Assembly (NCBI GenBank): GCA_020536535.1
Contig: JAHLWZ010000530.1
Location: 62,001 to 126,000, forward strand
Source: Pelomyxa schiedti
Taxonomy: Eukaryota > Protista > Evosea
DNA: 64,000 bases
Direction of reading: 5' to 3'
Shown here: positions 13,780 to 28,000 of the stretch, in pieces
Position numbering within the stretch: the stretch's first letter is position 1
Layout of the letters: the number at the start of each line of letters is the position of its first letter
The notes under the pieces: model-generated
What the model saw: only the letters and a program-made list of their open reading frames with translations
Database searches by the model: none
What the model was told of the DNA's origin: nothing
Position numbers and translations under genes: made by a program

Positions 13780-13907
13780 CGCAAGTAAAAAAAAAATCCC
13801 AACCCTTCATTGGCCCACTCTTCGACGAGCACCATCCACACAGGAACCCAGCTGGCTTCCTCCTGTGTTAATCCACAAATTACCTTTTCCAAAGTACAGT
13901 ACCGAGA

Positions 13908-15722
<1,815 letters not shown>

Positions 15723-15878
15723 AGAACCAAAAGAGGACATTTTTGTTTTTCACCATTCGACACGCTCTTTTCTCCTCAGTTTGCGGACACAGTGTGAGAA
15801 ACATCGTCACTCACTTGTTGCTTTCCCGGAAATGCTTCTCGAGGCAACCAACCTGGTTATAAATTCAGGCCACTACTG

Positions 15879-16508
15879 ATGGGTGTCACATCCTCCACTT
15901 CCCCACCCAAGGAGCAGCCACAACGAGAAGAAGTTACTGACACTGGCGGTGGTGGCCTAAGAAACAAGCTTAGACGCCCGATCCGGGCGGCACATCGCCC
16001 TGACCGCATATCGTGGAGCCCCAAGATCGAAGCCCTCGCGTGCTGCACGCACCCGAGGTGCGGGGCCCGCAGCTCCGCGCGCTGCCTGGCCGGCGGCGAC
16101 GCGGGGCCCCTGCGGCTGGTGCTGGCGTACCTCTCGGCGGGGGCCAGCCCCTGCCGCCACGCAGCAATGGAGGCCAGCTGGGACCCCGCCTGCAAGCCCG
16201 GCACCGTCCTCACCCTCGGCCGCGACGGCTCGTGGACCCTGGCCAAGGTGCACGACATGATGGACGTGTGGGGAGCCAAGACTGGGGGCGAGAGCGGGGG
16301 CGGGAGCGGGAGCGGGAGCGGGGGAGGGACAGGGAGCGGGGGGGTGGGGAAAAGCGTGGTGGAGATGCGGTACATGATGCAGGAGAACATAAGGGGGTAT
16401 TGTGGGGCGGGGGGCAGGAGTATTGTTTCCTGCGGCGGGGCGGAGGAGGGCTGTGGGCCGTCGTCGTGGCCCTACTTTTGGTTTGATCGGGATGGTGCAA
16501 AGAAGCTG
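15879..16508 (+). CDS. Hypothetical protein with 'HPRCG' motif (first exon; 3' extent uncertain)
   Basis: 210-aa ORF containing IEALACCTHPRCGARS, ending at a GTGAGT donor near 16509. Confidence 0.6.
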
Positions 16509-16904
16509 TGAGTATGTGTTGTCCACTGTACTATTACGTTACATTCTCAACTGGGGGAAAAATAAGGGAGGGATTCTTTTCTTTTTTATACAATGCGAAA
16601 AAGGTTTGTTTTATGAAATCTAACTAGGCCTTTTTTAGCCACCTTGTTGTTAACGATGTTTGTCGGGTTGATTTAGTTCCATTTTTACCTCCCGGACCTA
16701 CTCGTGAACAGTGGGCTTGTCTGACTTATGTTGATCCTGAAATTAGGTTTGTGTGCTTGACTAGTTGCTGCAACACACTAAGAAAAGCTGTCTTACAGAG
16801 ATGGTTCCGAACTATCAGTTTGTGTCATCCAGCAAACTTCCTGTACTATTCTTCGTTTCGATTTCTCAGATGCCAAATCCACTGTTGAGGTTGTACCAAA
16901 AGCA

Positions 16905-17357
16905 GTGATATCCATCACCGATGGCTTTGCGCAACTCTTCTCTGCAAGAACATTCTTAGCAAGGGGAAGAATACTGCCTCTAAGCTCTAGGACTTCTACC
17001 GAGACACTGGATTTTTTTGATGTTTCTTCCCCCTATTCAAAGAAAGTAGGTAGTATCACCCTGAGGCCTCATTGGTTGGTCCCTATCAATGACAGATACT
17101 TTGTTACTGCCACCACTTCTCGCGTGCAACTGTGGACTCTTGAGAACCTTGCTGGTACTCCTCTTTGGACAATAGAAACGCAATGTTCATCCATTACATA
17201 CCTGCGGGAACACATCCTCATTATGGATGGGGCATTCTCCAGTGCCACCATCGATGCACATAGCCTTGATTCAACCAAAGTAGGGACAATCACCAACCCT
17301 CCTGGCGCGACTTTCATTGGTATATTCCAGCCGTGGACTCCCTTGGCGTCCTGGTGA
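16905..17357 (+). CDS. Beta-rich hypothetical exon (may belong to the upstream gene)
   Basis: 150-aa ORF with propeller-like strands (RYFVTATTSRVQLWTLE). Confidence 0.5.
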   Translation: MISITDGFAQLFSARTFLARGRILPLSSRTSTETLDFFDVSSPYSKKVGSITLRPHWLVPINDRYFVTATTSRVQLWTLENLAGTPLWTIETQCSSITYLREHILIMDGAFSSATIDAHSLDSTKVGTITNPPGATFIGIFQPWTPLASW

Positions 17358-17450
17358 GCCAAATGATGCTCCCAGAGTGGTGTGGTTATAAACCTGTTAA
17401 TAACAAACAAAAACAATTTGCACCTGTTCTTTTTTTTTACAAGGGGTCAC

Positions 17451-20400
17451 TTAGCTCCGCTGGGCATTCTTTACAGGGGGCTTAGGGAGTGGTCTGTGGG
17501 GGGCATTTGGAGATGATGGTGGGGTTGGAGTGGGTGAGGAAGTTGGAGTTGGAGTGGGAGTTGGTGGTTTGGTAGATACTGACGTGGATGTGGTTCTTGT
17601 TGGGGCAGTGTCAGGGGACATTGGGGGTTGTGGGGATATGGTGCTCTGAGGAGCCTTCCTTGGTGGTGGTGGGGTGGCACCAGGAAGGGGCCCTCGCTTG
17701 ATGGGGGGTGTTGGCCTGCTGGGTGCTGGTGGGTTGGCAGTGCCACTGGCTGCTGCCGAGTCATATGAGGTAGTAGTACCAGTAGCAGTACCAGTACCAT
17801 CTCGGCCCTGTTTCCCTGATGTTGTGAGTGTAATGGACGCAACCAGTGCTGCTGTTGCTGCTGCTGTTGGTGATCGGGATTGGGATTGGGTAGGTGTTGA
17901 GCACGGCACTGCCACTGGTTTCGACGGTTGAGAGGGTGTTGATGCTGGTGGACTTGGAAGTGGATGTGGCTTTGGGGTTGGAGTGGGAGTTTGTGCCGGT
18001 GCTGAGTGAGTTGGAGTTGATGGTGGTGCTGGAGTTGATGTTGGAGATGGAGTTTGTGTTGGGGTTGGTGACGCTGCTGGAGTTGGACTCGTTGTTGCCG
18101 TTGGAGATGAAGTCGGAGTCGGGGTTGGCGTTGCAGTTGGATGTGGTGCAGGAGTTGGAATCGCTGCTGGGGTTGGCGTTGGTGCCGGAGTCGGAGTCGG
18201 AGTCGGAGTCGGAGTCGGAGTCGGAGTCGGGGTCGGAGTCGGAGTCGGGGTCGGAGTCGGGATCGGAGTCGGGATCGGAGTCGGGATCGGAGTCGGGGTC
18301 GGAGTCGGGGTCGGGGTCGGAGTCGGAGTCGGAGTCGGAGTCGGAGTCGGAGTCGGAGTTGGATTTGGAACTGGATTCGGAATCGGAGTCGGAGTCGCGG
18401 CTGGAGCCGGTGTTGGAGCTGGAGTTGGAGCTGGAGCTGGTGTTGGTGTTGGTGTTGGAGCTGGTGTTGGTGCTGGTGTTGGTGTTGGTGTTGGTGTTGG
18501 TGTTGGTGTTGGTGTTTGTGTGAGAGTGAGGGGGGATGGTATAGTAACTACCTCCGGCTTTAGTTGTTCTAGGAGAGCTCCTGCTCTTGGAGATGATAGC
18601 AAGAGCGGATGTGGCGTTTGTTGCATCAGGTTTGGGCGGATTGGGGCTTTTGGCAGGGGTCGCAATACCCCATAGTATCGTGCCGTGCGTTGCAGTGGGT
18701 GCTTCGTGGTGTGAGAGCCGCTGCTGTTCGTAGATTCAGGTGAGACTGCGGGTTGTTTGGCACCTGAACTGCTTGTATTCTCTGAACTATGATAGGCGGT
18801 TGTGGTTGTGGTTGTGGTGGTGGTGGTGGTGGTGGTTGGAGTTGGGGTTGGGGTTGTATTTACTGATCGGGGTGCTGTTTCTGTTGTGGTGGACGAATCT
18901 TCATAGACATTCGAATATAGTGGTGGCCATATAAAATCTTCATTGACACTGATGTCCGCGGAAGAGAAAAAAGGTTCACGCCGCTGAGGGATCACGAGTG
19001 TCATGGTGGTGCCAGTGTACACAATAATTGGTGTGTTCTGGATACCAGTGTTTGTGGGGTGCTTGCCCGGTGTTGTTTCATTCTCCTCGTCGCCGCTAGT
19101 AGAAGTAGTATTTACAAAGTGAACAGTGTCTACTTCACAGTTTGAAGGGAGAGACCCGCTGTTCTCTGTTGGGGCAGAAACTGGGACCTCTGTACTTGGT
19201 TCCTCAAAGTGGTCTTCAATTCCCGTCTGAGGGAGGGACTCTGGATCAACACCGTCTCCTTCAACTGCTGGATTTTGAGACAAAAGTTTGTTGTGCTCCA
19301 CAATTTTCAGTAGTCTGGCTTGTTGAGATTGACTCCTGTGAGGAGGAGGAGCCATTCGTGGAAGTGGTGGTTTGGGTTTCTTTGGTCTAGGTAACCGTTC
19401 CAAAGGCTTTCCCTCTCGTGTGTTCGGATCTTCGGGATTGCTGTTGGGTTGTTCCTGTTGTAGTGGATCTAAGTGCTCTTGTGTTGAAATGGTGGATGGT
19501 GGTTCAGAGACTGGCAAAGACTGTGCAGGTTGCGAACAAGTGGGCATATCTTCACATACATGCTCTTGGCTTTGTTTACAGTTCAAGTGCACTGTGGATT
19601 CTGGTAAATCTACTGGAGGTTGTACTAGGGACAGGACTGTAGTCTCACTATGTGGTTGTTGAAGTGTTGGAGAAACAGGGTCCTTTGGATTTGGTATAAC
19701 TAGGTTGGTCTCCACGGATGGGACTTTTTCAAAGAGTTCTATTGAGTTGGACTCTCCTGTTACAACACTAGCCACATGAAGGGGGCTTGTGTTAATGTCG
19801 GAAGATTTTACCTCCACACAGAGTGAAGGATCCTGAAGTTGTGAGTCAGAACCTGGAAGGTCCTGCACAACCAAAGTGTTTTCCAAATCAGTGCTCTCTT
19901 GTTGTGGCACAGTGAAAGTGGCTTCTATTTGCTCACTCTGATTTGGAGGATCTGTTTGACGCATTTCTCTGTGTAGCAGGTCTTCAGGTAATGCAGTGTC
20001 AGAGGGAGGAGATCTTTGCTCTTCATTGAATTGAATACTCTCTTGTTCTCCAAATTGCTATGTTATCTTAGTTTTGAGTTGATTGCTGGCGAAAAAGAAA
20101 ACCAGGGATGCTCTGGGCTCTGTGGGGAACATAGCTTTTTGATCTCTAAAGACTATTTTTATGACCCAAAGATAGTTCTATGGTTACCTAAATGCTCGGA
20201 GCCATAGGTCTTTTTCAAATTCATTTGAAAAGCAGAGGATAAAAGTATCATTTTCTATCTTCGTTTTTTTGCTCAAAAGTGATGTAACCACTTTATCCAT
20301 TCGCACTATTTGTATTCCATAGGAATAAACTTTTTTTCTGTAAGTCGAGGTACATTTCGTGTGCAGTAATACCCTTGGACAGTGGTGCTTCACCAATTTC

Positions 20401-21824
20401 CATTTTTCCCAGGGGTATGAAGTCACAGAGCTTCAGCCTTCCATTTAGACATTCTTTGCAATATATGAACTTAAAGGCAATTACCATAGCAGAAGAATTG
20501 TTAAAGAGTGTACTGACCACATCTGAAAAAAGAAGGCATTTTCTTTGCTCGGACTTGCTATGAGAAAGTTTGGTGAGAGTTCCCTCAATAATGAACTTTC
20601 GATTCGAATCGACAAGGTTAAAGTGCTAACTTACTAAGTGTAAAGGTGACGATGGGGAAGAAGAACCTTTCCACCAACAATGATGTCGTTCAGCGCCAGA
20701 AGCTTTTTTAAATTGTCAGAGTGGCTTTTATTGCTATTGATCCTGTCAATTGCTTTCTGAAGTATGCGCAGTGCTCGATTTACATTCAGGAAGTCGGGAT
20801 GGGATTCAGGAGTGTATTTTTGTAACTCCTAGGAGAAGTGATTTTAACAACGAATTAGGTCAATGAAAGGCACACTCGGAGTAAAAGAGGATATTTGAGA
20901 TATCTTTGAAATGGTTTTGCAATAAAATCCTGAATGCTTAATTTTTGTCTTGTTCCAGATCTGCACCTCTTTTCCTTTTGGTAAACAAACAACTTTTCAG
21001 TGTAATTTACCTGGAGGAACTGACTAAATTGCGTGTTTGCAGACAACCAATTTAGCTTATCACTTGTAGCTTCTTGTTGATTACAGTAAAGGGCATACTG
21101 TGCCCATTGTTTTGACCGTGTTTCATCAGAGAGAAAAGACAAAAGGGTACTGCCAATCGCAGTTTCATCATTTGCATTGAGACGAGAAACCCAAGCATTG
21201 TATAAATCCGTATTTAGATCGAAAATGCTTTCTGTGGTAGTAAAAGAGTCCAAGATTTCCTGGAGAAAGGATAGGTACGAAACACAAAAATACAGTCAAA
21301 CATACTGCAGATGAAGACTGTAAGAGGTCTGTGAAGTGGGAGCGAATTGGATTGATATAACTAGTTTGGAATTAAGGAAATTAAAAAAAAAAACAAAAAA
21401 GGCACAAGAAAAAGGAGAATATCAACATACTACACAATGTAAGTGTACAAATCTTCCAAGTACTGTAAGAATGAAAAAGAAGGAGAAAATGAGCCTGGAT
21501 AAGAAGAAGGTTGAATGAAATGAAACTTGAAAACTCTACCTGTGACTCAGAAGTGATAATTTCACCCACAACAAAAGCCCTCAGCTTCTGCCTTCTGCAG
21601 TCTTCCGCATCGTTCTCCTTCTTAATGAGTTTGATTGTTTTTCTATAATTTACAGCACGCTCTCCTTCCCCGACTGCTCCTGGTTCTTACCAAATTAACC
21701 AAAAATCAACCACTCGCGGTCGCCCGCGAAACGGCACAAAAAAAAACCAAACGAGAGAGGGCCTCATACTGTGAAATAATACATCCTCTTGTAACATTAC
21801 AACCTCCTGCATCATGTCGTCCAT
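17451..21824 (-). CDS. Dbl-family RhoGEF (DH-PH) with very long Pro/Thr-rich tail
   Basis: DH motifs [45 protein letters not shown] exons end in [14 protein letters not shown]. The last exon is over 800 aa and Pro-rich. Confidence 0.9.
18170..18520 (-). repeat. Hexamer tandem repeats encoding (PT/PA/PI)n
   Basis: (GGAGTC)n and (GGTGTT)n arrays on the + strand. Confidence 0.95.
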
Positions 21825-21955
21825 TTGTTTGTGGATGTTGATGGGTTGTCGCCGAATTCTTTTTTTTTTTACGGTTTTACGCCGTTTCGCATCACTGCGG
21901 AAGAACGGTCATAAACCGGAAATACAACACGGAGGAGAGCTGTTGATTGTCTCAG

Positions 21956-24541
21956 TTAATAGCGGCTCATCCAGAATGCTAGGATAAAGAATATCACTAC
22001 CATCAATAGTATCCCGGTGAAACGGCTGTTGAGGTACTAGAGAAACGTAAGTGGGAATGAATTAGGTCTGAGGATTGATAACCGGGTAGAGGACGGGGGC
22101 CAACTGCGACGCTTTCTGCCACACGGAAGTGGATTTGGGGGTACTCGTGCTTGTCAGTGTGGAACTTGGAGGCAAGGAGTCGAAAAGCGACGTGTGGGGT
22201 ACGTCAACTGTAATCTTGAGCTATGTTAGCTCGTGATTTTGTGGCGGGAATTACTTCAAAAATCTCCTGCAACCCATCAACTATATTTGCGGCGTAAGCA
22301 CCATACGTCCTCTGCATTGTGCCTATGAGCCTCTTTGCCGCTTCTTTTGCATTCACTAAATCAGGTAATTGTAGGCAAGACTGTCGGCCTTGCCCAGAAG
22401 CTTGTTTGATTATGAAAAATGTCGAGACATCGCCGTCTTCAATGGCTTTGATATCTTGGCGAAGTCTGTATACCAAGCTCCTATCAGAAAAAATTCGTAC
22501 CACCTGGTGGTATTAGTACATAAACCAGCTTCGTTTTAATACCTCTTTTAGTATGGCGAAACTGTCCTGCAGTGTCGATTTTGAGGCGATCTGCAGCAGT
22601 ATAACAAACATAGGAAAGTAAAAATGATAGTAACTTGTCACCTGTTAAAAGTAGGAGTTAGTCTTACTTCTTCCCCTACATTTTTTGTAGGGAGAAGGGA
22701 GGTAGCCGCACACCAGTAGTTCCCTTTTTTTGTTTGGATTTAGTTAAGTAGGATGAAGTGTATTGCAAGAATGACAACCATTCCTCAGTGTACTCATTAG
22801 TTAATAGTGGCGGTACAGTCGAACTTTCTTGTTGGATACTTCCCGAACTTGGGTACTGGCTTGCTTGAGCAGATAGTCGGCGCATGATGCCATCAAAGCT
22901 TGGAGCGTTGGGGTCTACAGCCCATGGTCGTATAACACACTCCCATAACTTTAGAACCTGGCACAAACTGAGTACATGGTTATGATGTGAAGATAGTGAC
23001 TTGTAAAAAGCGAGGAAAGTTTCTCCCAGTAAAGAATTGCCAGTTTAAGAGACAAGAACGGATGAAATGAAGAATGTGACCAAGGGTCATCTTATGTGTA
23101 ATGAAGGCGGTCCTCGAACTGAATGGGAGCGACAGATCTCCAGACGGCAGGAAAGAAATCGACTGACATTCAATTGGTCCGTCTACTCATTTAGCATTGA
23201 ATACATACTTGGATTGAAGCCTGTCGCACTAAGTCCGAATGAAGTGTATAAACAAGCATGGTTATACTTTCTATTAATGCCGATGGAGGCATGGTGAAAG
23301 CCTTTCATAACCGTCAAAGTTGAAAACTTTCCCATTTTTGAAACGAACCAATTTAGAAAAGGAGGAATCTTGCGAAATGACTGTGTAGTTCAGTAGCCAA
23401 TATGACCGTAATAGGTCGAAAAATGTTGCATGCTGCGGGAAGACCGGTTCCAAAAGAAAAGAATCGATATATGTCCTAGTGTTTGTATTAAAGCCAGTGT
23501 GTAACATGTTAGATAAAACCAAACATTACTTGACTAAAAGAGCGAAAATATTGTCTACTGTTGGAACAGGTTGTCTTGGTGCATGTGCGGTTGAAAAGGA
23601 GGTGGTTTGTGCGGGGGGAGCTGAATTTGTAAACAAGTTCAGTAGGTATCCAACGGTAGTTTGATTTTGAGGTGCCTGAGTTCTGTACCCTGACTGCATC
23701 AACTCCTTGAGTTGGAGTGGAAAGGGAGTGGGACATACGTGAACATCAATGCCAGCAACCATTCCAGCAGGGGGTACCTGTTGTGCAGTTCTTCCAAAAT
23801 AAAACAAGCAGCACCAAAAGTATTCCAGCAATGTGAGCCTAACAAGTCCTTCATTCCCATCCACGTATCCATGCTGTGCTTTGGCACTGAAAAAATCAGA
23901 GGAGCATCTAGCAGGGTTGTTTATTTCAGCTCGCACTTGGTCCTTGTAGTTGTGGGTGAGTAATTTTACTTGGTAAGAGGGTCAACTTACGGGTAGCATT
24001 CCAAATGGAAAAGGAATAAGGGATTTTTTCAGCCTCAAATAGGTGATAAAGTAACTTGCAGGACCGAGTGTCTCAAGTAATCTTTTTCCTGGATATCCAC
24101 TGGCTGTGACTCCTATTGCCTGGTGGAACCAAGACCTTGTTTGTGTCATTGTTACAATAATACCAATAATAATAAATACAGAACGAGAGTAAACTCTACG
24201 CACTTCTCACACTTTGGGATGTCAAAAAGGTGCAATATGAATCTAGGAACGAGAGTTTCCGCGTCCTCGAGATCTACATACGCCCTCTTTACAAGCACCG
24301 GATCTTGAGGTGGTGCGTCCAAATCTGCAAACCTCACACGAGGGCGAGGCTTCGACATTACTGCGGGAATGGGTCTGGTGTCCTCAAAAACGTTACTTCC
24401 GCCGCGCGAGGGGATCTTTGACGCCTCGAACGAGGGATCGGTCAAAACAGCGTCGAGACCCCGGAAGTACTCGTCTACTTTGTCGCATTTGTTGAACAAC
24501 GACACGTTCGGTGCTAAGGCCGCTAGCAAAGTCTGTGACAT
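21956..24541 (-). CDS. SMPD4 (neutral sphingomyelinase 3)-like, tail-anchored, multi-exon
   Basis: LEYFWCCLFYF, VLKLWECVIRPW and EEWLSFLQ resemble SMPD4 conserved blocks. The C-terminal TM reads YLNSRFTGILLMVVIFFILAFWMSRY*. Confidence 0.6.
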
Positions 24542-24651
24542 GTCGTCCAAAACCCAAGTAATAAAAAGCCTAACAGATCTATCTACGCGGAAAACTCAAT
24601 TTTTTATGGTCACCGTAGCCACAGTAGTAAATGTCACAGCTTCTCAACATC

Positions 24652-24743
24652 AAAAAAAACAGCACTTCACACCTCTCAACATCAAAACAGCACTCAGAAA
24701 AAAAACAGCACTCCACACCTCTCAACATCAAAACAGCACTCAG
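24652..24743. repeat. 46-bp direct tandem duplication in a divergent intergenic region
   Basis: AAAAAAAACAGCACT(T/C)CACACCTCTCAACATCAAAACAGCACTCAG occurs twice with one mismatch. Confidence 0.9.
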
Positions 24744-25041
24744 AAACTGAAAGAAAGATAAACAACTAAAAAAGAACCAAAAACGCTACAAAAAACAAAA
24801 AACCGCGTTACGTATAGAAAGCTGAGGCAATTTAATGGTGTGGTGGGCCACGGCAACGGCGATGTGGCTTCTTTCGCCTCGAAGACGGTGCACGGTGTTT
24901 TGATCTACGTTCGCTTCGCTCCGCACCCGATCTATTAATTTTCCCTGTAGATCTGTTCCACCACTTGGTGCCCCAACAACGATAACGAGCAGGTTGACAC
25001 GCGAAAGAATTCAGTGACGAAAATTGGAACGTTCAGCAGCC

Positions 25042-28000
25042 ATGGGCAACAACCCGAGCGGTCGTTCTCGCGACCCGAATATTGCAGAGTCGTCAGTACC
25101 CACTATACCTGTCTCAGCCGCCGTAGCCGCGGAAACTACTACACCAACAATCAGCAACAGCAACAGCAACGGCGCCAGCGCCCAGCCGCCGCAACCTCCG
25201 CCGCCACGAGATCGTCCAAGCGTCGTTGGATACGACGAGTTCCAGAGGGTGTTGCGCGACCGCGCCGCTTTCTTCACAGCTATGTCAAAGTCGGTCACCG
25301 TCGCAGAAGTGCAGAACTCGTCGGGGAGTCTCGTCGTGTCGAGGAACTTCAGGCTCGTGAGGAAAATCGCGCATGGTTGCAATGGTATCATGCGGTGCAT
25401 GGGCATGGGTTGGGCTGGGTGTTACTGACGTGCGTGAATTTTTTTTTTTTTTTATTGACAGGGATTGTGTTTGAGGTGAAGTGCATTGGGGAGGGACACC
25501 CTCAGTTGTTCAAGGAACAGTCTTATGTACTCAAGGTTCCTTTCAATTATGGTCACGCCACAGAGAGTGTTCAGAATGCCTTTGAGGTGTGCCTTTATCT
25601 CTTCTTCTTTTTTCTTAATTTGTTTCTTTTTTTATCCCCCTTCTTCCAGAATGAATACCTCATTTCATCCACATTGGTACCACACCCAAACATCAACCAA
25701 TATTTCTGTCACTTCACAGACCGTGTCCCACAAGAGTATTGTGACCACCTCCCAGAGGTGGCCAAGGAGTATGCATTTGACAAAGCAAGGAATCGCCCGC
25801 ATGCGTGCATGTGGGTTGTACTTGAGTATCACTCAGGGACGTTGGAGCAGTTTTTGAGGTGCCTCAACACCACTGCTCCCCAATCAACCGACACCATCAC
25901 CACACCATGGCCAATTGTGCACAAGTACTCCAGGGATATTTGCGCTGCTCTTGTGCATCTTTTCGAGAATCGCATAATTCACTTTGACATCAAGCTGGAC
26001 AATATTGTGATTTCCTCTGTGTGTTGTTTCTCTTTCTTTTTCTCAAACTCCACTCTTAAACAATACAGAACAAGGAGCAGGCGATTCTGATTGATCTTGG
26101 GTGTGCAATGAAATTTCCCAGGAACAACAGGCCGTTTGAGACCCAAATAGTGGCTCTCAAGGCAGCACAAGGAAACCAAAGTCACAGGGCACCTGAGATC
26201 ATCAATGTGATCGCAGAGCACACACAGAATCCAGATCGGGTTTCAATGTTTTGTTGTGACAAGGTACCTTCCTTGATCCCCCAAAAAACAATGACCAACA
26301 GTCACTCAACTCAATTCCGCTTTGTCCAAAACAGCAACCGTCATTTGAACTTGGATGCATTTTGTTTGAACTTGCAATGTGTGGAGAACATCCACTTCCA
26401 GGATTCCCTGGTGGCTATGGCCCAAGTGGTCAGATCACATTCTCATTTGAGAGTGAGGAAGAGTTCCCCATGAAACCACCAGCATTCCCAAAGGAGTTTT
26501 GCAACCTTGTCCGATCATTGTTGCAGAATAACCCCGATAAAAGGATGCCTCTGTTGAAAGCTGCAGATGTGCTGTCAAACATTGATCCCCCTGAATTCCT
26601 CCCATTTTACAATAGTGTTATCCCTCAGATAAATGATGCAGGTTTGAACACAAAACGAATACATGAAGTTTCTCAATGATAAAAACCGAACACAGGAACA
26701 CTGACAGGCAAGGCAATATGTCAGATTCTTTATGGTTCTGCACAAGATTGTGCTGACACCCTCTACATGGCTCTGGAATTGGAACCACTGTTCTCCCCTG
26801 CTTTACTGCTTTTGCGTTATCTCAATTCTTGTTCTACTATTGCGACCCCCACTCAACATTCCAGTGCTCTCGCGTCACTCACAGGAAAAACGGCCACTTT
26901 CACAGCCACAGATGTGGAATTCACAAGAGCCATCATCAACAAGAAACACAGGAACACACTCCCTGAATTGACTTTGACAGCACTCTGGACAAGGCACATC
27001 TCACATGAGGCTTGTACTGCCACTCAGTTGCTTCTAAAAAAGATCGCAGCGGTTAACCAGCAAGTTCTCTCAATCACAAGATTGGCCTCCCTTTTTTTGT
27101 GGTCTGTCATCAACACACGAAACGAGATGATGATGGAGGCACTTTCACAGTTGGATTCGGGAAAAATTGACTCTGCCCTTGACATTGTGGCCAATGCAAC
27201 CTCATTGTTTGAAGAGGAGAGGAGAAGCATTTGTATGTGAAAGTCTTCTTTTTTTTTTTTTTCCTCTCATCCATGAAACAAACAAACAAAGTGAGAACAG
27301 AATGGATGATCATGCCAGCCAACAACCAGTTTGAATACCTGCCTGGACTGTTGCTCCTTTTTATTCTATGTTTTATTGTAAATGACCATGTCACACTTGG
27401 TCAGCACATACCAGCCAGCCTTGCCCCAGCTTTTTCTCATGCAGTCTCTTCCTCATTTGTGTCAATGAGAGCCCAATTCTCGCGTGTGTTGAACAAGGGG
27501 GAGATTTGGAAAAAGAAATTCACTGCTGAGTGGTCTGAACTTGTCACAATAGCAGAAACTGCAGGCAAGCACTCACTCACTACACCTGAACAGACCCAAA
27601 GACTGTGGGCCTGCCTGCATTTTGTTGCCTTGTGGAGGACTTTGTGCACCTCCACTCAATGTGTGGCACCTCTTTGGGTTGAACTGAGTTCAATTGCAAG
27701 TACATGTGAATCCACTGTTAGCACCCCAGTGGGGCACATCCACTGGCGTGCTTCCTCCCTCACTCATCTGGGTATCTGTTACAACTTCGGTGTTGGTGGT
27801 GTTGACACGGACATTCACAAGGCAGTTTCACATTATCGGGAGGCTGCTGATGCCGGAAGTGCCATGGCAATGCTCAACCTTGCTCTGTGTTATGTGAATG
27901 GAAATGGTGTGGACAAGGACATTCACGAGGCAGTCTCACTTTATAAGAGGGCTGCTGATGCTGGTGATGCCATGGCAATGTGTGCTCTTGGTGTGCATTA

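Noticed and set aside
17894-18563. ES-repeat and RS/WC-repeat ORFs (SR-protein-like)
   Set aside because: Antisense frames of the PT hexamer repeat.
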